A DNA stretch of 64,000 nucleotides from Octopus vulgaris (GCA_951406725.2 OX597819.1:130820001-130884000); one strand, 5' to 3'. Positions 31,152-45,882 are shown, counted from the stretch's first letter. Numbers and translations: made by a program. The notes: a model not told the origin generated them from the letters alone.

Positions 31152-31945
31152 ATTGGGTCATCCCATAAATAATGCAGTTTTTTTCAGTTGGATGAACTAA
31201 AAGTTGGAGGGGGATGAGATAAACTACCTGCATCAACTTGCTATAAAAGCAGGTAGTAATTTTACCTAAATCCTTATTCTTAGTGCAACCTTTGAAGAGT
31301 GCAGTTCGATTTTAACAGTTATTTCAAAGCCATTATGGAAGTGACAAAGGAGTATATTCGGCATATTTTGCTTTATGAGTTCAATAAAGACAACAACACA
31401 ACGGGATGAATATTAAGCGAGGAATCTTAATGCAGTATATGGAGATCGGACAATAAGCGTAAGGCAATGTCAACGGTGGTTCCAGAAAATCCGAGCCGGA
31501 AACTACTGAATAGAAGACGAGCCTCGTCCTGGAAAATCTGTAGAGCTCGACGGGGACGTCCTGCAAACCCTCGTGGAACAAATCCTATTGTAACTGTTGA
31601 GGAACTAACAGAAAAGCTTGGATTTGGTCATTCAAGCATTCATCGACACATGCGTGCCTTTGAATAACGACCATCTTTGGTTTCAAAACGAAAAGTGTTC
31701 TTGCTTCAGGATAATCCTCGGCCACATACAGCGGGGATGATATTCCAAAGGTTGGAGCAGTTTGAATGGGAAACGCTTCCCCACTCACCACATTCGCCAG
31801 ACATTGCCTCATCTAATTATCAAATATTCCACAGTCATCAAAATCATTTGGACGGAAAAAATATGAATTCTGTAGACAAAGTCAGAACAGTACTGGAGGA
31901 GTAGTTTTCGTTACGGACAAATGAATTTTGGAAGAAGGTCCTTGC
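31152..31945 (+). mobile_element. mariner transposon, internally deleted pseudogene
   Basis: MEVTKEYIRHILLYEF...QRWFQK...EDEPRPG, then LLQDNPRPH...HSPHSPDIASSNY; catalytic middle missing. Confidence 0.85.
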
Positions 31946-31949
31946 AAAA

Positions 31950-32127
31950 AATCTCGAATTTTATTTAATTTACTTTGCGGGGAGGACTGTTTCAACGAAG
32001 TCGCGTCTTGTTCTTGCCTTCGAACACTGAGTAGATGAAACCGGGACAACTGAAGAAGGGGATTATTCTTTATGTTGTATGTCTCGTTTTTCTGTTTTTT
32101 CGTGGTTCGAAAAAATGTTCGTTTCAT
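31950..32127 (+). repeat. dispersed repeat; inverted homologue at ~47717-47990
   Basis: Shared CTGTTT.AACGAAG.CGCGTCTTGT...GGGACAACTGA.GAAGGG. Confidence 0.65.
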
Positions 32128-32199
32128 ATATGTACTGGTGAGAGGGCATGTTTACAAAGACACATGAAAACCGTTTGACCCGTCCCCAGCCTTACTTAA

Positions 32200-32620
32200 C
32201 AAATTAAAAAACCCTCATGAACATGCTTTGGTTGTTCTCTGATGACTAAGGCCAAAAGTCTAACAGGAGAATTGAAAGATGGTTTTGTGCAGATCCTTCT
32301 GATGACACCAGGGTGATGCACCCTAGGTCTACAGCACCTATTATGGCTTCTGGAGTGATAAGTAGCGAAGGTCATGGCATGCCACCCCACATTTTCTTCA
32401 CTGCGACTTAGAATTAATGATACTAGATGTGTTTCATGCGCTGGAGTCAGTTGCTAAGCCTTGGACAGATGAAGTACGCAGTGAAAAACCATGCGTGCTT
32501 CAACAAGAGTCAGCATCACCTCACAAACCCCACGTAAACCAAGATTTGGATATCAGACAATCTTTACGATCACGTGTCACACCAGATTAGTGGCATCCAA
32601 AGCTGCCGGATTTAAATGTC
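32200..32620 (+). mobile_element. highly decayed Tc1/mariner-superfamily transposase fragment
   Basis: GVISSEGHGMPPH and QQESA-like remnants. Confidence 0.5.
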
Positions 32621-32670
32621 AAGAACGACTAAGTTAGGTGACAAAACAATAACAGTTGAAGTTTATTATT

Positions 32671-33072
32671 TATTTCTTTATTGCCCTCAAGGGGCTAAAC
32701 ATAGAGGGGACAAACAAGGACAGACAAACGTATTAAGTCGATTACATCGACCCCGGTGCGTAACTGGTACTTAATTTATCGACCCCGAAAGGATGAAAGG
32801 CAATGTCGACCTCGGCAGAATTTGAACTCAGAACGTAACGACAGACGAAATACCTATTTCTTTATTACCCACAAGGGGCTAAACACAGAAGGGACAAACA
32901 AGGACAGGCATAGGTATTAAGTCGATTACATCGACCCCAGTGCGTAACTGGTACTTAATTTATCGACCCCGAAAGGATGAAAGGTAAAGTCGACCTCGGC
33001 GGAATTTGAACTCACAACGTAACCCGCTAAGCATTTCGTCCGTCGTGCTAACGTTTCTGCCAGCTCGCCGCC
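32671..33072 (-). mobile_element. SINE family B dimer with 15-bp TSD
   Basis: TTGAAGTTTATTATT at 32656-32670 and 33073-33087. Confidence 0.9.
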
Positions 33073-33566
33073 TTGAAGTTTATTATTGCCAAGAGTTAAG
33101 ACGCTTAAAAACAGTTCTGCAGGAAAAACAGCCTTCGTTGGTAAACAGAAAAGGAGTGATCCTGCAGCATGTTATTGCCTGACCCCACGCTGCGAGAATG
33201 ACTATGAATCTCCAAGAAGAATTTGGCTAGGAAATTATGCTTCACCCACCATATTCTCCTGACCCTGCTCCAGCAGATTACCATCTTTTTAGAAGTTTAG
33301 AGAATCATTTTGCAGGACTTCAGATAACTTCAAGAGAAGAGGTTGAAATGAGGCTAGTTTTTTTTTTTCGAGTCAAAACCAAACGAATTTAATGAAAAGG
33401 GTATCAAAAATCTTAGAGGAAGATGGTGACTATGTTGAAAAGAATGGTGACTATGTTGAAAAGAATGGTGACAATGTTGATCATTAAATAAATCTATTTT
33501 TGTCTGCATTTTCCTTCTTTTTTTTTTTCAATTAGAAAAAGGACAGAACTTCCGTTACAACCTGAT
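33073..33566 (+). mobile_element. mariner transposase 3' remnant
   Basis: NRKGVILQH...HPPYSPDPAPADYHLFRSL. Confidence 0.85.
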
Positions 33567-33950
33567 ATTTTATCAGTGAAATAAAGATAGAAAGAAAGAA
33601 GGAAGAGAGGAATAACTACAGTTCAGGATGTCAAAAGAGAAAAAGGAAAGTCAACCACCTGAGCTGCCGTAGATGAAAGCAAGTTCTAATTTAACAATGA
33701 TAAAAGTTTGGAAGACAGAAATGGTGACTGTAGATTAGAATTTGGTTTACGAAAACAGCCACACCTACCTACCCACCTGGAGACGCACACACACACACAC
33801 ACCTCTTTATTTGTATGCATAACTTTATTTTTTTACATTAAACCACGTATATATATATATTCGTACGTTTAAGCATGCACGTCTACACACATCTACCAAG
33901 ACGTACACACACACACACACACACACATATACATACATATTTATACGTAC

Positions 33951-33980
<30 letters not shown>

Positions 33981-33982
<2 letters not shown>

Positions 33983-34206
33983 TTCTTTACTGCCCATAAG
34001 GGGCTAAACATAGAAGGGACAAACAAGGACAGACGAAGGGATTGAGTCGATTATATCGCCCCCAGTGCGAAACTGGTACTTTATTTATCGACCCCGAAAG
34101 GATGAAAGGCAAAGTTGACCTCGGCGGAATTTGAACTCAGAACGTAACGACAGACGAAATACCGCTAAGCATTTCACCCGGCGCGCTAACGTGTCTGCCA
34201 GCTCGC
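33981..34206 (-). mobile_element. SINE family B monomer
   Basis: Head, B box and tail present, in microsatellite. Confidence 0.8.
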
Positions 34207-34225
34207 ATATACATACATACATACA

Positions 34226-34259
<34 letters not shown>

Positions 34260-34777
34260 CATACATACATATATATACATAACTACACATATATATCTAC
34301 ACACATATGTATGTTTATATTTACGCATATTTGTATAAATGAGTGCGTGTGTGTGTGTGTATACACATGCATACCTACAAGCATACTTAAGTTAATTTTA
34401 CAAATACACACACGCATAAAAAAATCTATGCGCGTGTGAACGTGTACGAGTGTGTGTACACGTGAATGAAACAAGTATGTAGTTATGTTGGTGGGTGAGT
34501 ATACGCCATTGTGCGGACGAAGTGCCAATTGACTAACTTTGGTTCACAATCTGATAATCTAATATCGATAAATTTACACAGTCACTAAGTTAAAGTACAA
34601 AGAACTTCGTTTAGAATCGATAAAATCGCTCAATTTGATCCTTGGTACATTGGGTATATACACACATAAAACACAAACACCTACCCACCACGCCACTCAC
34701 AAACACATACACCGAACACATGTATGTGTATGTGTGTGTGTGTGTGTATTTATATTCATATATATATATATATATGC

Positions 34778-34819
<42 letters not shown>

Positions 34820-34918
34820 GTGTGTATTTATATATATAAACATATTTATATATACACACACACACACAAATATATATAAATATACATATATATGTGTGTG
34901 TATGCATATATATGTGTG

Positions 34919-34950
<32 letters not shown>

Positions 34951-35097
34951 TGTATATGTGTATGTATGTATGTATGTATGTATGTGTGTGTGTGTATGTA
35001 TGTATATGTGTATGTATGTATGTGTGTATGTATGTATGTATGTATGTATGTATGTGTGTATGTATGTATGTAAATGTGTATGTATGTATGTATCCAC

Positions 35098-35760
35098 ATA
35101 CATTATCCACACCATTATCCTTCTCTTCTCCACTTTTGCCCGACCCCACCTTGAATACTGTTGTCCACTGTGGTCTCCCCACACAATAAAAGGTATCATA
35201 AAAGTTGAAGCACCTCAAAGGGCAATCACAAAAAAGATAGATGGCATGACAGGCCTCGACTATTGGGGTCGACTAGAAAAGCTAAAACTTTATTCTCTCC
35301 AACGTCGTCGTGAGCGCTACATCATCTGCATGATGTGGAAAATATTCCATCAGCATTGCCCAAATGATGTTGGCATCACCTTTAAGGTACATCCAAGGCT
35401 TGGGCCCCGTGCCATTCGCCCAAAACAAAAATCGCACTCTCATCTCATAACAACAATACGGCACAATTATTTCACCTCAATTGGCCCCGCTCTCTTTAAC
35501 ATTACACCAAAACACATTAAAACAGAAACTGACCTTATAGGGTTCAAGAAGTCTCTGGACAGATTCCTTCAAGAAATCCCGGATAAACCCCCTACACCCG
35601 GATATGTCTCTGTAAACAATAACTCTCTACTTGAGTGGGCCATAGTGCCCAAATTCTGACTTGAAAGACTTCACCAGGTGGTGCTATTAAGTTAGACATG
35701 GCCTGGGCCAATAATGGCCGAACCCTATCAAAGTATCAAAGTATCAAAGTATCAAAGTAT
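35098..35760 (+). mobile_element. CR1-clade LINE 3' end, 5'-truncated
   Basis: Open frame to 35659 (RPHLEYCCPLWSPH, QRAITKKI, YSLQRRRER); 3' hairpin GGCCAataaTGGCC and (TATCAAAG)4 tail. Confidence 0.85.
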
Positions 35761-36722
35761 GTATGTATGTATGTGTGTGTGTATGTATGCATTATAAGGT
35801 AATGAGCAAAAGCAAGAAAAACCGAAATCGAGAGGAAGAAGTTTTGGCAAACATATGATTAATATAACGCTTGAAAGGGAGCGAAGAAGTCTTTAACGTT
35901 TCGGACGCTTGTCCTCCATGAGAGCAAGAAAGAAAAGAAAGATGGGGGAAATTATGTAAGAGCCAAGTAGAAATGCTGTTATATGGGGAGGGGTTAGGGA
36001 GAGAAAAGGAGTCAGCGTGGCGTTTGTATGGAGGTGTGCAAGCGGTTTGCTGAGGTGTGCGGAGGTGTGAGAGGAGAGCTGTGTTGGATAGTTGAGATGT
36101 TGGAGGCGGAGGAGGTGTAGCTGTGAATGTAATGTAGGTGAGAGGAAAGCGTGAGGAGATGAAATGGAGAGTAGGAAAAACCACCGGGGAAAACAGCATA
36201 GGTGACAAGAAAATATATAAATAAAGGGTGTAAAGTCCTAAGAAAAAAGGGCAGATAATGAAGAAAATTTATTCTTAAAACGGTGATAACAGTGGTGTCA
36301 AGTCAGAAGGATCTGTACAATGTCCGAAGAAAAACAAGAGGGAAACAAGTTGTAGTTACACGTAAAAGAAAATGTTAAAACAGAAAAGGGGTTTTCTAAA
36401 AATAAGCAAAACAAATCATATGATTTCAGTCTACTGAACTTCATCAGAGGAGCTGAGCTGGACATGTCGCAAGATTCACAGACAATATTTCGGCCCGTGC
36501 AGCTACCGAGTGATATCCAATTGATCAGTAAAGGTCACTAGTAAGGCTCTTACGACGATGCGAAGACGATTTAGTTAAATCATTTGGGCCAAAATGTAAA
36601 AGAATGGCACAATCAAGAAAGAATTGGAAGCGAATTGTAGTCAGCTCGATACAATCTCACAGAGAGAACTTAAGTGATGTTTTCAAAAAAAGTGGGTGAT
36701 TCTATATTTATAATAATTCTCT

Positions 36723-37103
36723 GAACGAGGTATTAACAGTAGCTGCACAACATCGTGAAGTAAATTTGCCACTTAAATGTGGCTAACCCTTAAGAGTGGA
36801 TGCTACTGTAGCTTGTAGCCCCAGGAAGACACCTCTTCCAGCTGGCTATTGATACACTTTCTATGCCCTATCAGTATTTGCAAAGGCAAGTCATCGTTCC
36901 CATCTTCAACCTGACGTGATACACACGGACCCGGGTTTCTGAATATTGACCCATCATCAGGGCACAGAAAGTGTGTCAATAGCTAGCTGGAGGAGGTTCC
37001 CCCTGGGGCTACAAGCTACAGTAGCATCCAGCCTTAAGGGTTAGCTACATTTAAGTGGCAAATATACTTCACCATGTCGTGCAGCTACTATGTATACTTC
37101 GCT
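36723..37103. mobile_element. older imperfect foldback with hammerhead core in the spacer
   Basis: ~140-bp diverged inverted arms; minus strand 36922-36966 CTGATGA-TGGGTcaatATTCA-GAAA-CCCGGG-TC, weak stem I. Confidence 0.65.
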
Positions 37104-37685
37104 CTATATTTATGTTTTTAGTAAATCTAATTAGTAATTATATTAACTAGAACAAAAATACGGAAGTATATAATTGCATAACATCATGGTGACTTCAGTT
37201 ATTTTAATTGATAAAAATTAAGATGCCATTTACTGTATAATATAAATAAAATTATCCAATCTCTGTAGAATCAGTTCTCATCCGAAAATTCATGAAATAC
37301 AAAAAAAGTGTTATGGCGGCGTCTGTGTACCTAACTAGTCTGAAGTATGTCATCATTTATTATGTTATATACCTGTTAATTGCTAATTAATGCCTACTTT
37401 AATAAGAGTGATTAGTACTTACATTAATTACAAAGCGAATATTTGCTCTATCAAGAAGTCAATCCTGTCGAAGTACTTAGTATTAAAACTGTGTCTCATG
37501 GAAAAAAGTTCTCTTGGAAATAAAATGTCGTTACTGTGTTATACGCTGCACTGGTTGTTATACATACGTGTGTGTGTGTGTGTGTACGTGCATATTTATA
37601 TATATATATATTTTCATACATAGTTGCATACATATACATACATACATTCATACATAAAAACATACATATAAATACACACACACAC

Positions 37686-37771
<86 letters not shown>

Positions 37772-37949
37772 ATGTATGTATCAATTTTCCGCACCGCAGA
37801 AGAAAAAACTCACTCATTTCATAATAGTTGAAAGAATTAGCGAATATTACCTTCTGCCCATTATTTATGTATACTAATAGACTTATACGCACGTGCGCGC
37901 ACATACTTTTATACCTATATACGTACACATATAAACACACATACACACA

Positions 37950-38015
<66 letters not shown>

Positions 38016-38360
38016 AGCCAGTAACACAATAAATTAGTAGATAATTGACAAGAAGAATGTAGATTAATTATGTATCTATGTATGTATGTATGTATGTATG
38101 TATGGCACAAAAGGAGTGCAGCAAAGTGCGACACGCCACCAAAAATCGGGCTCCGCAGTGGGTTCCACACTTTATTGCAGGGCACTGAAGAAGTGTAGTA
38201 CATGACAGCGTGGTGTTTCTCTTACTGTTGCATAATTATTTTAGCATTTTCGTGAAACCTGTGTATGTCCTATAAAGCACTAACACACTTGTTTTCTATG
38301 TGGATCGTTGGAGATTTTTGTCCTCCGTATTCCTTTTTTCTTGGACTTTCTTCTGTCTCC

Positions 38361-38397
38361 TGTTTCTGAAGAAGAGCTTTGCTCGAAAAGTAAAACA
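38361..38397 (+). ncRNA. minimal hammerhead motif (PLE-type), possibly decayed
   Basis: TGTTT-CTGAAGA-a-GAGCtttGCTC-GAAA-AG-TA-AAACA. Confidence 0.6.
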
Positions 38398-38514
38398 CCC
38401 TTTCTTTCCTTCCCTGGGCGTCTTTTAACACTTTACATGTACCACGTCCTCCCATTGTTGCTGTTTTTTTCTTGTAATTTTTTTAGATTAATTACATAAA
38501 TATATATATATTTA

Positions 38515-38892
38515 AGGAGTGGCTGTGTGGTAAGTAGCTTGTTTACCAACCACATGCTTCCGGGTTCAGTCCCACTACTATAGCCTCGGGCCAACCAAAG
38601 CCTTGTGAGTGGATTTGGTAGACGGAAACTGAAAGAAGCCCGTCGTATATATGTATATATATGTTTATATATGTGTGTGTGTATGTTTGTGTGTTTGTGT
38701 GTGTGTGTTTGTTCCCCTATCATTGCTTGACAACCGATGCTGGTGTGTTTATGTCTCCGTTACTTAGCGGTTCGGCAAAAGAGACCGATAGAATAAGTAC
38801 TGGGCTTACAAAAGAATAAGTCCTGGGGTCGAGTTGCTCGATTAAAGGCGGTGCTTCAGCATGGCCGCAGTCAAATGACTGAAACAAGTAAA
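38515..38892 (+). mobile_element. SINE family A
   Basis: AGGAGTGGCTGTGTGGTAAG head through GGCCGCAGTCAAATGACTGAAAC tail. Confidence 0.8.
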
Positions 38893-39181
38893 AGTGTATA
38901 TATATATATATATAAAAGGTAATCTTTATATCCAACTTGACATCCATGCCTTGTTAGAATACCGAATGCTTGGTATTAGCCTTGTGAGATACTCTCAAAC
39001 AGGCACTTGGTGCATAAGAGGACACACATAGATCGTAGCAGAAGGGAATCGGCTGTCATGGATGCCAGAATTCCATATCACGTGATTTCGTGGACGAGGT
39101 AAAAGAACTCGGAAATTTAGGCTTCCTGGTCTTTCGCGATACCCTTAAAGCCATGAACTTTTAAATACCCCCTTGTGTGTA

Positions 39182-39243
<62 letters not shown>

Positions 39244-39397
39244 GTACTATAGTCAGTGTTTCGACTGCTATTTCGGCATGTTGGTGTCTTTTAGACACCC
39301 TCATTTTTAATTGTTAAAAATTTTTTTACCTTTGTAAGGTATTTCTTTCATGCTGGCCACTTGATAATTTCGACACTTAAATATCGACATTATCCTC

Positions 39398-39430
<33 letters not shown>

Positions 39431-39590
39431 AACATATATATGGCTGTGTGGTAAGAAGCTTCCCAACCACATGGTTCTGGTTTCAATCCCACTGCGTGGC
39501 ACCATGGGCAACGGTCTTCTACAATAGCCTCGGACCGACCAAAGATTTGTAAGTGGATTTGGTAAAAAGAAACTGAAAGAAACTGAAGAA

Positions 39591-39825
39591 AGCGGCGATC
39601 TGGCAGAAACGTTAGCACGCCGGGCAAAATGCTTAGCAGTATTTCGTCTGCCGCTACGTTCTGAGTCGACTTTGCCTTTCATCCTGTCGGGGTCGATAAA
39701 TAAAGTACCAGTTACGCATTGGGGTCGATATAATCGACTTAATCCGTTTGTCTGTCCTTGTTTGTCCTCTCTGTGTTTAGCCCCTTGTGAGTAGTAAAGA
39801 AATAGGTATTTCGTCTGTCTGTTAC
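39591..39825 (+). mobile_element. SINE family B running into the start of a second unit
   Basis: Tail followed by GGTATTTCGTCTGTC. Confidence 0.8.
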
Positions 39826-39829
39826 TGAA

Positions 39830-42100
39830 AATTTATTGTTGGAGTGTGTTCGTAAGTTTCTGTTAATTGTTATATCTCTTGTTGTGTCTATTGTTGGACT
39901 TATTTTTGAAAAAATATTGTAGTATAGTTTTCTTTCGAAGCTATCTGTGGTTTTCCCCTGTGGGGGAAAACATTAATTGCCGGCAAGATGGCGAAAATTT
40001 CGTCTTCTTCGTCGGGGGACGAATCATCGATTGAACGAGAAGCAAAGAAAATAGAAAGCTTAATTTTTGATAACGTTTCTGATGTGTCGGAAAGGGAGTT
40101 TCCAGCATTACCAAAAGTTACGAACACCAAAAGAAAGACAGAAGAAAGGACCATCCAAAATGAAGAAAAGAAAACTTTTGCGTCAGTGGCTGGTGGTGGA
40201 ACGCGACAGCTATCAACTGACATAAAAGAATTATTAAAATATAAAGATATGATAACAGAACGAGATGAAATAGTAAAAGTGGAAAAACCAGAAGAAGAAT
40301 TAACGGAAGAAAAAAAAGAAAATTATTAATTTTAAGACATTTTGCTTAAAAGCTCGTAAAATTGATAAAATATGTGAGCAAAAAATTGAAAAATGTCTAA
40401 AACTCATCTGGCAGGACCTTACATATCAAGCCAGAGGGAAGAAGTTTGGAATCATCGTGGTGAGGTTCAAGAAGGCAGAAACGGCACAAAAATACTCTAT
40501 AAAATCTTTAGAGTCAGAAGACACAATGTTAATCCCAATTTACATGGGAATGAGAACATCAAAAGTGAGAATACCAAGAATTCCGCCTGGAGTAAACCCT
40601 ATGAGCTTGATGGCAGCAGTCCTGGCAAACAGGGAAGATAGTATTAACCTCCTGCAGGCTACAGTCACAGAAAATACTTATTGGACTGGTCAAACGCTTA
40701 ACCTCATACTGCAGGCTGACCAAGAAATTTTAGAACAGCTCCCAGAAATCGTGGAAGTAGGGGAGGAAGTTCTAAATATTTTGTTGAGGGGCGTAAGCCC
40801 CAATGTTTCCAGTGTGGCCAACTGGGTCACATCAAAAAATATTGTAAAGAAGGTGTAGAAGAATCAGACGGCGAGGGGGAAGAAAGAGAAGAGAGAAACA
40901 GAAGGAAAAATAAACAACAAAAGGAAAATGGAAGGCTCGAAGCAGCAAAAGCAGAGCGAGCCGAGACCAAAAAAAAAAAAAGCCAAGAGACAGACCGAGG
41001 AAGGCGGAGGGGGTGACGAACAGAGGAATAGCTGCACTACACAGCAAAAACGAAGATTTAATGCGGGAAATAAAAACCAAAAAATCAGCAACTTGATTAA
41101 TTGAACTGTTAGAGAAAAAAACTACGAATTTTATGAAAAAACGTATAATATGTTGTCTAACACATATAGAAAATTGGTCTCAACATGAAGACTTGATTTT
41201 CACCAATCTATGTTTGAAGGTTTGCCATCTCCGACCCTAAGTCAAGAAAAGGTGGTGAGCCCCTCTCCACAAGACGCCCCGATCTAAAAGGTAAGTCACG
41301 TCTATTCACATTGGTTGTATAAATGTTCGTGGCCTGATGTCGAGTTGGAAGCAAGGGCGCTTCCTAAATGACATCAGGCCGAGAAATTTGGATGTAATTG
41401 TTGTAACGGAAACCCGGGTGAAGGGGCCAAGAGATCTGCTTCCCTCCTGAACGGCTACGAGAAATACGTTTCTCCGAATCGGGCGGGAAGTGGGGGTGGG
41501 GTAGCCGACAAAAAGTTGTTTTTTTCTGACCCAGAAGGCAGGTTGGTCGTTCTTGACCTGACATTCAGTTGTGGCAAGACAATCAGGCTGGTCGCTATTC
41601 ATGCACTCAACATTATGGGCCCGCAAACTGAATATTTTCGTGACCAGGGCAAGTTCCTAGCCACGTCGTATTCGCTAGTATTGTTAGGAAACTTTAACAC
41701 AATATGTGTAGCACACACAGATGGTGTTGACTCGAACATGAACAGAAAATGTAACCCAGACTTACGAGATCTGCTAAGTCAATTTCAGCTAGTAGATCCA
41801 TATAGGTTGGAACACCTGAACACTCCACAGAGGACGTGGTCAAATAGTGACGGGTCTTCCAGAACATATCCAGATAGGACTTTAATTAGAGAAACAGATA
41901 AGTCCATAGCCGTGTGCCCACAATTTTTTCTAGTCAGCTACAGTGACCACAAGATGGTTACCTGTAAGCTGACGGTAGATAAGTTGCATAGTCAGGGATC
42001 TGGCTACTGGAAACTCAACACGTCCCTTTTGGCGATTGAGGAGTACAGAAAGCGGATCAAGATCTTAATACAGAGGGTATTAACAGGTTCTGTCCATTTC
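39830..42100 (+). mobile_element. Tx1/L1-clade LINE 5' part: frameshifted ORF1 and APE endonuclease
   Basis: CFQCGQLGHIKKYC zinc knuckle at ~40805-40846; CINVRGL, VVTETR, LLGNFN, SDHKMV, GYWKLN. Confidence 0.85.
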
Positions 42101-44174
42101 TATGATTGGCCCCCGGTGGGCAATAAAGAAATTGGTATTTCGTTTGTCTTTACGTTCTGAATTCAAATTCCGCCGAGGTCGACTTTGCCTTTCATTTTTT
42201 CAGGGTCGATAAATTAAGTACCAGTTGCAAATAGGGGTCGATCTTATCGACTGGCCCCCACTCCCTTGTGCCTAATGTAGAAAAGAATAAGTAGTTAGTG
42301 GTATAATTGGTTTAATATATTTTTGATAATGATTATAGTAGCTATTATATACAGCGAAATACATATAAGTATTGAAAGCTCGTGGCTTAATGGTTGGGGA
42401 ATACGGCTCACGATCGCAAGTTTGTAAGTTCACTTCCTAGCGGCGCGTTGTGTCCTTTAGCAAGACACTTTATTTCACGTTGCTGCAGTGCAGTCAGCTG
42501 GCAAAAATGAGTAGTACCTGTATTTCAAAGGGTTAGCCTTGTCACATTTTGTATCACACTGAACCTCCATGAAAACTACCTTAAGTGTACACGTGCATGT
42601 TAATTTCATGAGCCGGCTGTTCTGTTGATCGGATCAACTGGAACCCTCGTCGTTGCAACCGATGGAGCGCCAGTTACATATGAGATCAATTTAATGCACC
42701 AGTTATTAGAATGGTGTAGAAATAGTTTCGTTGATGCGTTATATAAGTAGATTTAGCATTTGATTCAATGTGTAATTTACTAACCACTGTATATATAATA
42801 CTGTCAGGCATCCAGGTAAAGAGGGGTTTTTTTCATTAAATCTAAATGTAAGATTTTACCTCATCATCTCTAATCATAAAGAATATTTGGAAGTAAACAA
42901 TTAGGAGCAACCGACTGGACACTGGACCACTTTTGGTGAATGTTTTTTTTTTGCGACAGTAATTTTTGGCACGGAAAACACACACACACATTCATCCGCA
43001 TACAGAAATATACACATACAGTGAGAGACAGAAAGAGGGGGGAGAGAGAGTCAGAGAGAGAGGTAGAGAAAGAATTGTTTGTAGCAATTGGGGGAAGGGT
43101 CATTAAATACATCTTAATGTTTCTCTCTCTCTCACTCTCTCTTGCATCAGATCCCAATGCTAGATGTTCAAGAATTAAATGTAGGTTAGATTTTCAATCC
43201 CAGGATCATCCTGATTCCAAAAATGTCAGATATATGTCTATGTAGAGCAAATGTGGACTGAGATACAAGGGTTCCGGACAGACAGAATTTCACTTTTATC
43301 TATATAGATACCATTAATTTGTCCATGTTGGAGCAGAATGAAGGACCAGACTTGTTTTTTTTTATACATACAGAGATCGTGCTATGAAGCTGTTGAGGGA
43401 GACTAGATTGACACGTCCCCACTTGAGACTGTTTCCGAGGTCAGTGTGCACAGAAGCAGTATAAGACTGATGTGAGATACCTAAGATGAATAAGGATGAC
43501 TTGTAAGAAAGATTCATTTATAAATTATTCGAAATCAATGATAGATATACAAAAATGATTTGTTGACAAAAGTCTCTATGAAGTGAACCAATGAATAAGA
43601 AACACTTTCACCCAAAGCACAAATAAACCAGACAAAACGTACAAAATAAATCTACGATAAAAATCAAATAAACTCTTTATAAAACCGATGGAAAGTATTA
43701 AAGAGAGTAATTAAACAAAATGAACAGTGCACTAATTACAACTTAAAATAGAATTATATACAATAGACACTCTGAAATAGGCTTCGTTCTCTGACTCACC
43801 TGAAAACTAAACTACCGCTACAATCCGCTTTTATAGGAATCGTATTCTACACAAAACTTCATTCATGATTACGAAGTGTACCTGACAACGGTGCCATTAT
43901 GTTGTCACACGGTTTACAACAAAATAGCAGCCAAATCTACCGCGAATCACATTGAAGGACATATTGAATAATGTAGTTCGAAGCATATGACTGAAAAGAA
44001 AAGATGGTATTGTCACAATGGAATTACATTTGATTAAAAGCCTGCTAGATCAGAGATGGTCTGGGGTTAAGTAACAACATCATAGTCATTCAGATTAGAA
44101 GAGATAATCGTGCGTATTAGAAGAGATTGATGCCACCAAAAGCAATCCTAGTATTAATATTTTACATAAGAGAA

Positions 44175-44620
44175 AGCGTCGAGCTGGCAGAATCGATAGC
44201 ACACCGGCCAAAATGCTTCACGGCATTTCGTCTGTCTTTACGTTCTGAGTTCAAATTCCACCGTGGTCGACTTTGCCTTTCATTCTTTCAGAGTCAATAA
44301 AATAAGTACCAGTTAAACACTGGGGTCGATGTAATCGACTTACCCCATCCCCTGAAATAGCTGACCCTGTGCCAAAATTTGAAATCAATATTTTACATAA
44401 GACAAGGCGGCGAGCTGGCAGAGTCGATAAGACGCCGAGTGAAATGCTTAACAGCATTTCATCTGTCTTTACGTTTTGAGTTCAAATTCCGTCGAGGTCG
44501 ACTTTGCTTTTTATCCTTTCGAGGTTGATAAATTAAGTGGCAGTTGAACACCAGGGTCGATGTAATCGACTTACCATTTCATCTGAAATTGCTGGCCTTT
44601 TGCTAAAATTTGAAACCAAT
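44175..44620 (+). mobile_element. two tandem older SINE B-related copies
   Basis: Each has a GAGCTGGCAGA head and GAGTTCAAATTCC; separated by AATATTTTACATAAGA repeats. Confidence 0.75.
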
Positions 44621-45882
44621 ATTTTATATGACAAACGATGAATTCACTGGGTCTTATGGCATATCACTTCCTATACCGGTGGAGCTTATATAAATTTTAA
44701 CAGATGCCTAACAATACATCTTTAAAGTTACTCTTTTTTTTTCGTTTATTTTTATTATTATTTGAAGGCGTCAAAGTATTACTATTTCAATTCGAATCCC
44801 GTTAAAGCTACCTTTTCTCTACCCCTCAGCATAATTGATACACAACGAACCAGTAGTAGACTCAAGAGATGCAAAGAAACCTCCCGATACAGCGCAAGCG
44901 TGTGACTTCGTATTAATGTAGTCATTCTGTTACAAGCACAAGGTATGAACTCTTGATGGAGGGGGGGTGCTACGCGATAACATTTACCTCAGTACTCAAC
45001 TGGTACTTATTTCATGAAAGGTAAAGTCAACCACGACTGAATTTGAACTCAAAACGTAAAGCCGGAAGAAATGCCGCTAAGCATTTTATCCGGTGTGCTA
45101 ACGATTCTGCCAGCTCACTGCCTTTCTTTGTATTGATATAGTAATATAAAACGTCCTTTTGTAATACTAAGGGCACAGATACTTTTCCGCATTTGAGTTG
45201 AACCTCTCGTTTCCGTGTTCAAATTCACTTTAGCAATTTTTTTTTTCCTTATATTTTTCTCTTTTAGTCAGGTGGTACAGCAGGACTCGTGGTACGTTAC
45301 TTGACCCCCAAGAATTGAGGATAGTTTCCTGGAACAAGAAATCTGGCCCGAATTCTTGCAACAGAACGGACTCCGTTAAAGGCATACAAGGTTCATAGAG
45401 GTGGTTTTTAGATCGAGAGAGAGATTAAGTCTGCCACCCACGTGGGCCATGGCAGAATTTGAACTTAGAACACAAACACCCAAAACAACTGCCACAAGGC
45501 ACCTGGTGGGGCGTTTTCGAATCACCGCCTTGGACTGGTAATATTTCATCGAAGGTTAAAAGGCAAATTTGAACTCAGAGCCCAGACAGTTGCAAAAAAT
45601 ACAGCGAAGCATTTTCTCCGATGTTTTAACGTCTGTGAAATATTCAGCAGAATCATGATCAAAGGCATTCCGACTGTGACCATCACGTCTTTTGTTCGGG
45701 ACATAGTGTGGAACAACATTATCTTCTATGTCGCTCATAATGTTTAAGACGCTACAAAGTGAGTTGAAAGAGACTTAACTACTGTTTCTAGCAGGCCCAA
45801 ATGACATCGTAGATGTTCCGTCACTTAAAGTCGAGACAATAAAAGGGAATAATGTGATGGGGTGAGTGTAGTTTAGTTTATA

